A DNA stretch of 61,983 nucleotides, filler included. It is 5 parts of 5 records of this genome, joined end to end, with 100 filler letters (N's around TTAATTAATTAA, not from the genome) between each part and the next. Parts side by side here need not be neighbours in the genome. Positions count along the whole stretch, not along the records: positions 1 to 24,275 come from SRR31156797_12852; positions 24,376 to 35,399 come from SRR31156797_12867; 3 more parts are not named here. The stretch is one strand, 5' to 3'. A program made the translations under genes and the position numbers. A model generated the notes under the pieces. It was not told the origin of the DNA, did not search any database, and saw only the letters and a list, made by a program, of their open reading frames with translations. Positions 19,457 through 29,014 of this stretch are shown here, one piece after another. Every line of letters begins with the position of its first letter. The stretch's first letter is position 1.

Positions 19457-19834
19457 CTATAGTGTATATTCTGGTTTAAAAGCGCTATCTACCCAGTTTT
19501 TTATTGTTCTTAATGATGTAATCATTAATTCTATATCCTGAGTAGCAGAATCTGCTGAAACTACACAAGAGCATTTGGTTTGTAATTCATCTGCCTGTGC
19601 TTTAATTTCTGCTGGAATTAACTCATTTTTTTCAAGGGTAGCGATAATATTTTCCAAGCCATGCCCGTATGGTTCCTTACCATTCTTATAAAGCATAGAG
19701 CTCATTAAGTATTCAGCTGCAAGCGTAATTACATTTATAGTAATGTTTTCTCCAAACTTATTGGATTTAGAGAAGCTTATTGCATTGTGAAAGTATTCTA
19801 AACCTTCGTCGTAAATTTTTCTGCTGTTATTCAT
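19457..19834 (-). CDS. HEPN-like domain protein, last gene of the nif operon
   Basis: Helical 125-aa protein; LAAEYLMSSML..G.EPYGHGLENII resembles the HEPN AxEKxLKA..G..P..HDL pattern; 19 bp downstream of nifV. Confidence 0.6.
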   Translation of the reverse strand: MNNSRKIYDEGLEYFHNAISFSKSNKFGENITINVITLAAEYLMSSMLYKNGKEPYGHGLENIIATLEKNELIPAEIKAQADELQTKCSCVVSADSATQDIELMITSLRTIKNWVDSAFKPEYTL

Positions 19835-19853
19835 AGTTGTTTTTTTTCGGGAT

Positions 19854-20963
19854 TTATAGATCGAGAATTAATTCTCGTAATTCATTATTGTCAACACTGT
19901 TTTTTTTGCTTGCTGCCAGTTGCTTTACTTTGGGTAAAATTTCTTTTCCTTGCTCGGTACTCAGTTGAATACCCATTTGAGCCAAGGTATCTAACACTAC
20001 TGCTACACCAGAGTGTTTTCCTATCACAAACTGAGATTGTTTGCCCACTTCTTCCGGATGAAAGGCATGGTAACTCATAGGATTATTCAGTATTGATCTG
20101 CAATGAATACCGGATTCGTGACTCGCAATTAATTCGCCTGTAATTGGTTTTGTTTGGCTTACTTTTCGTTTTGATACATTTTCTACAAACTGGCAGACTG
20201 TATTAATGTTTTTCAAATCAATTTCCAGGTCTTTATTTAATGAGAATTTAGCTGCAGCAGCTACTTCTTCAAGTGGAGCATTTCCTGCTCTTTCACCTAG
20301 TCCGTTTATGGTTACGTCAATGCTATTGCATCCGGCTTGTAATGCGGCAATGCTGTTGGCAGTTGCCATGCCTAAATCGTTGTGCGCATGAAATTCTAAA
20401 TCCATATCAGGAAATAGCAGACGATAACTCGAAATCATTTCATGAACAGAGAAAGGATTCATAATACCAACGGTATCTGCAAAGCGAACACGTTTTACGC
20501 CCAGACTGGTGGCTTTATTTATATATTCGGCTAAAAAATTTGGATTAGCTCTGGAAGCATCTTGTGCTCCAATGCCAACAAATTCAAAATGATTATTGGC
20601 TAAGCCAATCATAGTGGCCATTTGATCCATCACCCATTGGGGATCTTTACCAATAGCTGCTAACTGAAGATCACTAACCGGAAATGAAATGCTGATTCGT
20701 TTAGCGCCTGTTCTTTTGGCAGCCATTATATCTGATACGGTTGCTCTGGCCCAACATAAACTATCAAAAGCAAAACCTTGATTGATGATAGTTCTAATGT
20801 CTTTTTCCTCCTCAATAGAGATAGCAGGAGTTCCAACCTCAGCTTCCTGAACACCTAATGCTTCAAGCATTTGAGCAATTTGTATTTTTTCATCTAATGA
20901 AAAAACAACACCGGCAGCTTGTTCGCCGTCTCTTAAAGTAGTGTCTATCAGATATTGTTTCAT
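19854..20963 (-). CDS. nifV: Homocitrate synthase
   Basis: IDTTLRDGEQAAG, FADTVG, EFHAHNDLGMATAN, NGLGERAGNA and HESGIH motifs; nif context. Confidence 0.93.
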   Translation of the reverse strand: MKQYLIDTTLRDGEQAAGVVFSLDEKIQIAQMLEALGVQEAEVGTPAISIEEEKDIRTIINQGFAFDSLCWARATVSDIMAAKRTGAKRISISFPVSDLQLAAIGKDPQWVMDQMATMIGLANNHFEFVGIGAQDASRANPNFLAEYINKATSLGVKRVRFADTVGIMNPFSVHEMISSYRLLFPDMDLEFHAHNDLGMATANSIAALQAGCNSIDVTINGLGERAGNAPLEEVAAAAKFSLNKDLEIDLKNINTVCQFVENVSKRKVSQTKPITGELIASHESGIHCRSILNNPMSYHAFHPEEVGKQSQFVIGKHSGVAVVLDTLAQMGIQLSTEQGKEILPKVKQLAASKKNSVDNNELRELILDL

Positions 20964-21004
20964 GGTGTATTCAGTTATCAGTTAACAAAAATTGGATAAC
21001 AGCA

Positions 21005-21055
21005 ATCAGTAAACAGTTTCATGACATAAGTGAGCATTATTTACTGTTTACTGAT
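21005..21055. repeat. Intergenic 13-bp inverted repeat within heptamer-like CAGT/ACTG repeats
   Basis: ATCAGTAAACAGT (21005-21017) and ACTGTTTACTGAT (21043-21055). Confidence 0.65.
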
Positions 21056-21073
21056 CACTATTGATTGTCTAAC

Positions 21074-21379
21074 TTAATCCGAGATTAAATACTCTTCTAC
21101 TGCTTCTCCTTCTTCAAGGGCATCAAGTATTTCATCAATTTTTTCTTCTGTAATTTCACCGTACCATAAGTTGTTTGGGTGGATTACCATAATTGGTCCC
21201 TGGCTACATACATTTAAACAAGCAGTACTTGATACAGCAGCATCAATACCTCTGTCGTTACACTCTTCAGTGATATAAGGGATGAAATCTGTAGCTCCGT
21301 TTTTGTTACAGAATCCTTGTGCATCTCCTGCAACACGGTAAGAATTACATACCAAAATGTGATATTCAGGCTTTTTCAT
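21074..21379 (-). CDS. Thioredoxin-like [2Fe-2S] ferredoxin (nif-associated)
   Basis: HILVCNS...GFC...STACLNVCSQGP...WYG. Confidence 0.9.
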   Translation of the reverse strand: MKKPEYHILVCNSYRVAGDAQGFCNKNGATDFIPYITEECNDRGIDAAVSSTACLNVCSQGPIMVIHPNNLWYGEITEEKIDEILDALEEGEAVEEYLISD

Positions 21380-21466
21380 TTCTTGAAAATTATAGGTTAA
21401 TAAAACTGTTTATTTGTCTTTCTTTCTGGTTATATATAAGTATTGGTTTGGTTATTTTTGAATGGA

Positions 21467-22759
21467 TCAACCACATCCGGTTCCTGTTCCTGAACAACCT
21501 GCTCCACACTTAAAGCTTTCTGCTTTTGTAACCGTTCTTAGTTCGGTGCCTTTGTATACTGAATCCATTCCCTGATCAATAAGTCCCGACATTTCGATTA
21601 CTTCCAAGCCTGACTTACCAAGAATTTTAGATGGTTTTGGACCAATACCTCCAACCAAAATAGCTTTACAGTCGCTTAGTATTTCTCCTAATTCTTCCCA
21701 ACGTTTGTCGCCGCTTCCTTTTGGAGGAGTAACACGTTGATTTACTAATTTGTATCCATTAGGAGTTTCCTTGAAAATATAAAGTCTATCAGCTTCTCCT
21801 AAGTGCTGGTTAACCAGGATTCCTTCGTTACTGGCAACTGCAACATATGGTCTTGAGTCAGCATCTCCTTTATCAATTCTTACTTTGGCTGCTTCTGTTA
21901 ATAGCTCCATGGCTTCAGTACTGTCTTTACCTAATAATCCGGCAGCATCAGCTCTACAGCGACTACAGTGTGTCATTGGAGGAAGGTGCTCTGCAATACC
22001 TTTTCTAATTTCTTTCATGTAAGAAGAAGATGGCTCTTCTAAATCAGAGAACGGAGTATCTTCAACAGGAATCAAAGGAATGGTATTCATTAAGTCAACA
22101 CCCATTTCTGCTAAGCCTTCTGCTAATTCTGTCAGGTGATCATCGTTAACACCCGGGATTACTATAGCATTTGCTTTTACAGTGATTCCTGCAGCCTTTA
22201 ATTTTTTAATAGCTTCTAATTGTTTTTCCAATAAAAGCTCAGCTCCTGCCAATCCAAAATATCCTTTCTTTTCAAAACGAACCCAACGGTACACTTTTTC
22301 AAGAATTTTAGGATCCAATGCGTTGATGGTAATAGTTACATGACTTACTTCCAATTCAGCCAATTCATCTACATAAGGAGCGATGTTTAATCCGTTTGAA
22401 GAAACACAAAGGATCATATCATCAAAGTTGGAACGAACCTGACGTAGAGTTTCCATTGTCTCATCAGGATTTGCAAAAGGATCTCCAGGTCCTGCGATTC
22501 CTACAACTGATAATTGAGGCATTTTTTCGCGCAGTGATTTTAAGTATACAATAGACTGCTCTGGAGATAAAATATTTGAAGTAACACCAGGACGACTTTC
22601 GTTAACGCAGTCGAACTTACGGTTACAATAATTACAACTAATATTACATTTAGGGGCTACTGGTAAATGCACTCTGGCATATTGTCCTTTAGCTTCTTTA
22701 TTGAAACAGGGGTGTTTTTTAAAATCGATCATAACTTTGATTTTTTGATGATTTGACAT
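21467..22759 (-). CDS. nifB: Radical SAM FeMo-cofactor protein NifB with C-terminal NifX-like domain
   Basis: HPCF, HLPVAPKCNISCNYCNRKFDCVNESRPG, AGPGDP, CSRCRADA and VNQHLGEA motifs; alternative start at 22732. Confidence 0.96.
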   Translation of the reverse strand: MSNHQKIKVMIDFKKHPCFNKEAKGQYARVHLPVAPKCNISCNYCNRKFDCVNESRPGVTSNILSPEQSIVYLKSLREKMPQLSVVGIAGPGDPFANPDETMETLRQVRSNFDDMILCVSSNGLNIAPYVDELAELEVSHVTITINALDPKILEKVYRWVRFEKKGYFGLAGAELLLEKQLEAIKKLKAAGITVKANAIVIPGVNDDHLTELAEGLAEMGVDLMNTIPLIPVEDTPFSDLEEPSSSYMKEIRKGIAEHLPPMTHCSRCRADAAGLLGKDSTEAMELLTEAAKVRIDKGDADSRPYVAVASNEGILVNQHLGEADRLYIFKETPNGYKLVNQRVTPPKGSGDKRWEELGEILSDCKAILVGGIGPKPSKILGKSGLEVIEMSGLIDQGMDSVYKGTELRTVTKAESFKCGAGCSGTGTGCG

Positions 22760-22811
22760 CAGATAATAGACTATTGCCTGTTATCTCTTATTCCAATTAA
22801 CTCGTTTTGTT

Positions 22812-24224
22812 TTACATGTACTTCCAGCCTACCTCGGATTTTTCTTGTTTGTAATCAATCATGGCATTGCCAATCTTGTCAAACATTTCCTGGGCACCTT
22901 TATAGGCTACATGTTTTAATCTAGAACCGCCCATTCTGTCATGTATCGGAAATCCTGCTCTTACAAGAGGGATACCTAACTCACGAGCTATATAGTACCC
23001 TTTACTGTTACCTACTAACAGGTCGGGCTTCATATCAATACAGTATTCATTGATTTTTTCGTAATCCAAATCATCTAACACAATGGTTGAATGACCATGA
23101 ACCGGAGCACTTTTTTCAATTTCCGGTTTTAGTATTCCGCTACTACCTCCAGAGGCGGCAAGAATTACTTCAACACCTATTTCATCTAAAAAGGCTGTCA
23201 TGGCAATTACAAAATCCTCTTCACCGTATACCACTGCTTTTTTACCGAATACATATTTGTGTCCGTCTGCGTAAGCATCAATTAAACGACCTCTTTCCAT
23301 GCTATATTTGGTAGGCACTTCATTACCGCTTAATTCTTTCAGGATGTCAAATAGGGCATCGGTTTGTGTAATTCCGAAAGGAACATTAATGGCGTAATTT
23401 TTAACGCCAAATTCCTTTTGTAAATATTCAGCTCCTGTTAAAGCTAAATTTTTATTTTTTACTCTTCCGGCCAGATTTCCTTTGTTTAGTACAGGGCCAA
23501 ATTCGATACTGGCTTTGGCTCCTCCCATTAATTTTAAATCCTCTACAGAAGTTCCGCCATCCGGTATTCTGTGATAAGTATCCCAAACCGGGTTATCTAG
23601 TGTTTCAGAATAATCAGGAACCATGATGTAATCAATTCCAAAATCTTCTAAAATATCTTTTAGCATTCTAAGATCTTCGGTAGAGATGAAACCAGGAAAA
23701 ATATTTACTTTTTCGTTTGGTTCAACCTTAGTGGCAAAGGTCTTAGTAATAGCAGCTACTGTTTCGTGGAATCCATCCATATGAGATCCCTGATAACTTG
23801 GTGTAGATGAGTAAACAAATTCAGGAATTGTTTCGTCATCAGCATGAGCTGCTTTGTAATTTCTTAAAGCTTGTCCGATATCATCACCAATTGTTTCGGC
23901 TAAGCAGGTTGTACAAACACCCACTACTTCTGGTTTGTACTGAGCAATTACATTTTGAATTGCCATGCTGAGATTGCCTTCTCCGCCAAAAATAGTTGAC
24001 TCCTCACTAAAATTGGAAGAGGCAATATCAACAGGCTCTTTGTAGTGACTGATCAAATATCTTCTGATATAAGTGGCACACCCTTGTCCTCCGTGAATTA
24101 CAGGTACACAACCTTTAATTCCTTTATATGCTATACTTCCGCCAAGTGGAGAACACACCTTACATGCATTCCTGGTGGCTACGAAGTTTTTTCTTTCTTT
24201 TAATACTGGTATTTTGTCGGCCAT
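22812..24224 (-). CDS. nifN: Nitrogenase FeMo-cofactor scaffold NifN
   Basis: RNACKVCSPLG, HGGQGCATYIRRYLISHYKEPVDIASSNFSE and GFPIHDR motifs; directly upstream of nifB. Confidence 0.88.
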   Translation of the reverse strand: MADKIPVLKERKNFVATRNACKVCSPLGGSIAYKGIKGCVPVIHGGQGCATYIRRYLISHYKEPVDIASSNFSEESTIFGGEGNLSMAIQNVIAQYKPEVVGVCTTCLAETIGDDIGQALRNYKAAHADDETIPEFVYSSTPSYQGSHMDGFHETVAAITKTFATKVEPNEKVNIFPGFISTEDLRMLKDILEDFGIDYIMVPDYSETLDNPVWDTYHRIPDGGTSVEDLKLMGGAKASIEFGPVLNKGNLAGRVKNKNLALTGAEYLQKEFGVKNYAINVPFGITQTDALFDILKELSGNEVPTKYSMERGRLIDAYADGHKYVFGKKAVVYGEEDFVIAMTAFLDEIGVEVILAASGGSSGILKPEIEKSAPVHGHSTIVLDDLDYEKINEYCIDMKPDLLVGNSKGYYIARELGIPLVRAGFPIHDRMGGSRLKHVAYKGAQEMFDKIGNAMIDYKQEKSEVGWKYM

Positions 24225-24275
24225 ATTATTATAGAATTAAGATTAAAGTATTAAGTATAAAGATGATTTACAGCT

Positions 24276-24375
24276 NNNNNNNNNNNNNNNNNNNNNNNNN
24301 NNNNNNNNNNNNNNNNNNNTTAATTAATTAANNNNNNNNNNNNNNNNNNNNNNNNNNNNNNNNNNNNNNNNNNNN
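24276..24375. other. Artificial contig spacer
   Basis: N44-TTAATTAATTAA-N44; base composition changes across it. Confidence 0.97.
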
Positions 24376-24376
24376 G

Positions 24377-25021
24377 TCCCAGATCAATCCCCATTTTCTG
24401 TACAATACCCTGGATTCCATCAAATGGCTGGCGGTCTTTCAGAATGTTGAAAATATCAGCGATATGGTTACGGCCCTTATTAATCTTCTGAAATACAACA
24501 TCTCCAAGAAATCGAAACTTGTTTCCCTGGGGGAAGAGATAAATAGCATAAAGGATTACATCGAGATTCAGAAATTCCGTTTCGGGGATGACTTCGATGT
24601 CCTTTATGAGATCGGAGAAGAGACCCGGGATTGTTCCATACTGAAATTCATTCTCCAGCCACTGGTGGAGAATTCCATATTCCATGGTTTTGACAACATC
24701 GACTATCAGGGGGTCATCAGGATACAGAGCTCTCTGAAGGGACAGACGCTGGTGATCAAGGTTATCGATAACGGAAAGGGCCTGGTTGGGAATCAGGATT
24801 ATCTGCAGCAGAGAAGCACCTACGATCATAAAAAAATGCACAACAGCATCGGCGTCAGGAACGTTATGGACCGGATCAAACTCTATTTTGGCGAGAAGGC
24901 CGATTTCTCTCTCGAAAACGGTCTGGAGAGCGGGGTCGTCGTTACCCTCTCCCTGCCATTGCTGCACAACGCCTCCAGGTTTCCAGACGAGAACGAATCG
25001 ATGAGGACTTATATTGAGTAG
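24377..25021 (+). CDS. YesM/LytS-type sensor histidine kinase (5' truncated)
   Basis: Frame from 24377 reads SQINPHFLYNTLDSI; also LQPLVENSIFHG, DNGKG and IGVRNV. Confidence 0.9.
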   Translation, partial: SQINPHFLYNTLDSIKWLAVFQNVENISDMVTALINLLKYNISKKSKLVSLGEEINSIKDYIEIQKFRFGDDFDVLYEIGEETRDCSILKFILQPLVENSIFHGFDNIDYQGVIRIQSSLKGQTLVIKVIDNGKGLVGNQDYLQQRSTYDHKKMHNSIGVRNVMDRIKLYFGEKADFSLENGLESGVVVTLSLPLLHNASRFPDENESMRTYIE

Positions 25022-25303
25022 TCCCGGGGCTGTTTGATCATGCTTGGAATATACAGTTTAAGATAAAAAACAAGGAACCCCGGAGGCGGATTCTGAAGCT
25101 CGGCGCTTGGGATCGCTGATAAAGAGGGATTATTCGAGATTGGAGGAGCGGGTGTTCTTTGACAGGGTTCCGCTGAGCATTGGAAAGGGAAAACGGTCGT
25201 TCAACAGGGATCAGCATGTGTCCGTTACGCTATCGAACGGAGGTCTTTCATTATTTACCAATCAGCTATTGCTGGTCGAATCATTGTAAGTTAATATTTT
25301 TCC

Positions 25304-26293
25304 ATGAACTACGTCAGACTTAAAGATGTTGCAGAACGTGCCGGTGTTACAGTAACGGCGGTTAGTAGGGCATTGAAAGACAAAAGTGATATCAGCGAAA
25401 ATACGAAGAAAAGAATCAGGAAGATCGCGAATGAGATGGGATACATTCCAAATGCGAATGCTTCAACCCTTCGGTCAAACTCTCATCGCACCATCGGGAT
25501 TGTCGTCACTTATCTAGACAACTTCTTCTATAACAGAATCCTTATGGGGATAACCGATTCCCTGTCCCGGAAAGGCTATACGCCCATCATCTTCAGCAAT
25601 CAGGAGGATCCCCGGCGAGAAGCGGAGATTCTGAAGACTCTGGCCGGGAACCGGGTCGCCGGCGCCTTGATCGTGCCGGCAAGCGATCTTGTTAATGAAA
25701 ACCAGTACAATCAATATAACTATACCTGCGTGACCATTGTCCGCCGCAAACTGAATGAGGAATTGAATTATTTCATAAATGATTCAGAGAAAGCCGGAGA
25801 ACTGGTCGCAAATGATCTGATGGCAAAGGGCTGCAGAAATCCAGCCTATATCGGAGTCGACCTTCCTATAAGCTGTAATCAGTCCCGTCAGTCTGGATTT
25901 GCACGGGCTTTGAGCGATAACGGGATAAGCCTCAGGAGTGATAGGATATTGAACAGCAAGCTATCCTTGAGCGAGACCTATGATATCACCCGGGATCTCG
26001 TACGCAAAGATAGAACTCTCGATTCAATATTCGTTTACAACGATAATCTGGCCTTTGCGGTTATCAGGGCGCTGCATGATTCTGGGGTGAGGATGCCCGA
26101 AGACATACGCGTGTATGGACATGATGATGTAAAGGAAGCGCGTTTTTCGACACCTTCTTTAACGACTGTAAAGGTTCCTAAATACAAGCTGGGTTTTGAA
26201 AGCGCATCGAATCTGGTAAGCCTTATAGAGGATGGAAAGGGCAGTATTCAGAATAAAATGTACGATCCTGAACTCATAGAGCGTGAGAGCTAA
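25304..26293 (+). CDS. LacI-family transcriptional regulator
   Basis: LKDVAERAGVTVTAVSRAL HTH, YIPNANA hinge, PSLTTV. Confidence 0.95.
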   Translation: MNYVRLKDVAERAGVTVTAVSRALKDKSDISENTKKRIRKIANEMGYIPNANASTLRSNSHRTIGIVVTYLDNFFYNRILMGITDSLSRKGYTPIIFSNQEDPRREAEILKTLAGNRVAGALIVPASDLVNENQYNQYNYTCVTIVRRKLNEELNYFINDSEKAGELVANDLMAKGCRNPAYIGVDLPISCNQSRQSGFARALSDNGISLRSDRILNSKLSLSETYDITRDLVRKDRTLDSIFVYNDNLAFAVIRALHDSGVRMPEDIRVYGHDDVKEARFSTPSLTTVKVPKYKLGFESASNLVSLIEDGKGSIQNKMYDPELIERES

Positions 26294-26381
26294 AATGTTT
26301 TTGAGTAAGTAAATAAAATTATTCTTTCCCTCCTTTGCTTTCAATCGATACCCTTTCTGATAAGAAATCCGAATTATTATG

Positions 26382-26411
26382 TTGACAGATTTAAGAGGCT
26401 GGGCTGATAAT
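26382..26411 (+). promoter_or_regulatory. Sigma70 promoter of the sugar operon
   Basis: TTGACA (26382)-N18-GATAAT (26406). Confidence 0.7.
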
Positions 26412-26412
26412 A

Positions 26413-26446
26413 ACTTTAACGATAAAGTAGCTTTAACGTTAAAGCT
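26413..26446. promoter_or_regulatory. Two abutting LacI-type operators
   Basis: ACTTTAACGATAAAGT and the perfect palindrome AGCTTTAACGTTAAAGCT, both with a central CG, lying between the -10 and the RBS AGGAGG. Confidence 0.8.
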
Positions 26447-26459
26447 CTAGGAGGATGAT

Positions 26460-27425
26460 ATGAAAAAGGTGATTGTTTTTTTGCTCATGATAGGTCTCGT
26501 CCCTATCTTTCTAATGGCTAACGGGCAGGAAGATTCTGGTAAGCTTGTGATCGGAGCTTCTATGCAGGGTGCGAAAAGTACGTTTATCCAGACTGTCGCA
26601 GCCGGTATGTACAAGTATGCCGATGAACATTCGGATGAGATCGAGTTGAAAGTCGTCTGGGCGGAGGATAAGGCTGATACACAGATCGCTCAGGTCGAGA
26701 GACTAGCCGGCAGCGTGGATGTTGTGATCCTGAATCCCGTCGATGCTGTCTCCTCCTCTCCTGCGGTTGATGTGTGCAAGGAAGCGGGGATCCCTGTCAT
26801 TACCGTGAATACAACCGTCGAGAATCAGGATATGGCCGATGCCTATGTGGGCTCCAATGACATACAGGCCGGGGAGCTGATGATGCAGAGGCTGATAGAT
26901 CAGATAGGCGGCAAAGGCAATGTGGCCATTATTCAGGCTGTAATCGGTCATTCCGCACAGATCGGACGCGACACGGGATACGACAATGTTCTGAAGCAGA
27001 ATCCCGATGTGAACCTTCTGTATAGACAGCCCGCTGACTGGGCTGCCGATAAGGCTCAGCGGCTTATGGAAAACTGGTTGCAGAAGGGCGAGAGGATCGA
27101 TGCCGTGGCAACTCACTTCGACATGATGTCCTTCGGCGCCCTCTATGCTCTGGAGGAAAGAGGCACGGAGCCCCTTCCCTTCATCGGAGGAATGGACTGC
27201 GATCCCTCTGCTATGGAGGCTGTAAAAGAGGGACGTTTTGATCATTCCATCTGGCAGGACGGCGTTGCCCAGGGTTACCATTCGGTCAGACTGGCTGTCG
27301 AAGCGGCGAAGGGCGAGGGCATAGATGATTATATTATTCCCTTCGAGATCGCCACTGCTGAAAATATCGATCTTTATATCGAGAAGGCAGAGAAGAGAGA
27401 CGCGCTTCTTAAAAAATACTTCTGA
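26460..27425 (+). CDS. Sugar ABC transporter substrate-binding protein (RbsB-like)
   Basis: Spirochaete-type signal peptide ending ...LMANGQE; ILNPVD, AGIPVITVN and YVGSND motifs. Confidence 0.92.
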   Translation: MKKVIVFLLMIGLVPIFLMANGQEDSGKLVIGASMQGAKSTFIQTVAAGMYKYADEHSDEIELKVVWAEDKADTQIAQVERLAGSVDVVILNPVDAVSSSPAVDVCKEAGIPVITVNTTVENQDMADAYVGSNDIQAGELMMQRLIDQIGGKGNVAIIQAVIGHSAQIGRDTGYDNVLKQNPDVNLLYRQPADWAADKAQRLMENWLQKGERIDAVATHFDMMSFGALYALEERGTEPLPFIGGMDCDPSAMEAVKEGRFDHSIWQDGVAQGYHSVRLAVEAAKGEGIDDYIIPFEIATAENIDLYIEKAEKRDALLKKYF

Positions 27426-27438
27426 TTCAAGCTCTCCC

Positions 27439-27462
27439 GCTCCGGTATGAGAATGCCGGGGC
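27439..27462 (+). other. Intercistronic GNRA hairpin (likely mRNA stabiliser for the SBP cistron)
   Basis: GCTCCGGTAT-GAGA-ATGCCGGGGC with no U-tract. Confidence 0.5.
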
Positions 27463-27496
27463 ACCCTAAATCAAATGAAACAATTAAGGATTACTT

Positions 27497-29014
27497 ATGG
27501 ATGACAATATCCTTGAAGTACGAGGTATAAGTAAGCGTTTCGGGGGAGTCAATGCCCTGGAAGGAGTCGATTTTTCTTTGCGGAAGGGAACCGTTCATGC
27601 TCTGATGGGAGAAAATGGAGCGGGAAAGAGTACCCTGATGAAGATCATACTCGGCTATTACATTCCCGATTCCGGTATCCTGTCGATCAATGGGGAGCAA
27701 AAGCGCTTCAGGGGAACCGCAGATGCCTTAAACGCTGGTATCTCCATGATCTACCAGGAGATGAATCCGGTTCCCCATATGACAATAGCCGACAATCTTT
27801 TCCTGGGACGAGAGCCTCTGACCAGACTGGGACTGGTTGATTACAGGAAGATGTGGTCGGAAACAGAAAGGATCTTCCACGATATCGGAGTGGAGCTTTC
27901 TCCCAAGACGCTGCTACAGGATCTTTCGGTTGCGCAGGTTCAGCTTGTGGAGATTGCGAAAGCGATCTCCTACAATTCCGAGATCCTTGTGATGGACGAG
28001 CCCACATCCGCATTGAGCGATAAGGAGATTAGAAACCTGTTCAAGGTTGTTGAAACCCTCAACAACAAGGGCGTTTCCATTGTCTATATTTCTCATAAGC
28101 TGGATGAGGTTTTTGAAATCTGTACGGACGTGACGATCCTGAGGGACGGCAGATTAATCCATGCCGGCCTGTTACGGGATCTGTCTGAGAACGAGCTAGT
28201 CTCCATGATGGTGGGACAGGAAGTGGAACAGCTGTTTCCATGGCAGAAAAACGAAATCGGAAATACCGTACTGAAGGTCGATGGACTTACGAGATCGGGC
28301 GAGTTCGAAGACATTAGCTTTGAATTAAAAAAAGGTGAAATTCTGGGCATCGCAGGATTGGTTGGAGCGGGACGAACCGAGTTGGTTGAGACCATCTACG
28401 GTATGAGAACGGCCGAGCGGGGAACCATTCTTATCAAAGATAAATATGTGACAATCAAGCATCCCAAGGATGCTATCAAAAATAAAATCGCAATGGTCAC
28501 GGAGGATCGTAAGAATCACGGACTGGTTCTCCTTCTGTCCATCTCAAAAAATATCGTTATGTCCGCTATGCAGAAGTCTATGAAGCGGTGGTTCATCGAT
28601 CTTAACCAAGAGGAAAAGCATGTCACTGAGATGATGAGGAAGCTTCAGATCAAGGCCTTTTCATCGAAGCAGAATGCCGTGTCTCTCAGCGGAGGGAACC
28701 AGCAGAAAGTGGTTGTGGCGAAGATCCTGTATGCGGATCCGGAGATCATTATCCTGGATGAACCTACCAGGGGAATCGACGTAAAAACGAAGTCTGAGAT
28801 TCACTCTCTCATGTCTAAGTTCGCAAGTGAGGGGAAGGCGGTTCTAATGGTCTCTTCTGAGATCCCCGAGGTCTTGGGAATGAGCGATCGAATCCTGGTT
28901 ATGTCCCAGGGAAGGATAGCCGGCGAGCTCAGCAGAGAGGAAGCGACAACGCAGAAGGTTCTTACTATGGCTATGAAAAACGTAAGCAGAGGTGTGTATG
29001 GAAATGTTCATTAA
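27497..29014 (+). CDS. Sugar ABC transporter ATP-binding protein (RbsA-like)
   Basis: GENGAGKSTL, MDEPTSAL, LSGGNQQK and LDEPTRGIDV motifs. Confidence 0.95.
   Translation: MDDNILEVRGISKRFGGVNALEGVDFSLRKGTVHALMGENGAGKSTLMKIILGYYIPDSGILSINGEQKRFRGTADALNAGISMIYQEMNPVPHMTIADNLFLGREPLTRLGLVDYRKMWSETERIFHDIGVELSPKTLLQDLSVAQVQLVEIAKAISYNSEILVMDEPTSALSDKEIRNLFKVVETLNNKGVSIVYISHKLDEVFEICTDVTILRDGRLIHAGLLRDLSENELVSMMVGQEVEQLFPWQKNEIGNTVLKVDGLTRSGEFEDISFELKKGEILGIAGLVGAGRTELVETIYGMRTAERGTILIKDKYVTIKHPKDAIKNKIAMVTEDRKNHGLVLLLSISKNIVMSAMQKSMKRWFIDLNQEEKHVTEMMRKLQIKAFSSKQNAVSLSGGNQQKVVVAKILYADPEIIILDEPTRGIDVKTKSEIHSLMSKFASEGKAVLMVSSEIPEVLGMSDRILVMSQGRIAGELSREEATTQKVLTMAMKNVSRGVYGNVH

Noticed and set aside
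22812-24224. nifK call
   Set aside because: The YIRRYLISH.KEPVDIASSNFSE motif and position directly before nifB fit anaerobe-type NifN better
24320-24331. TTAATTAATTAA as a biological palindrome, and ORFs running through the N-runs
   Set aside because: Synthetic six-frame stop linker repeated at all four gaps
25107-25289. 60-aa ORF upstream of lacI
   Set aside because: TTG start, no RBS and no recognisable motif; probably intergenic
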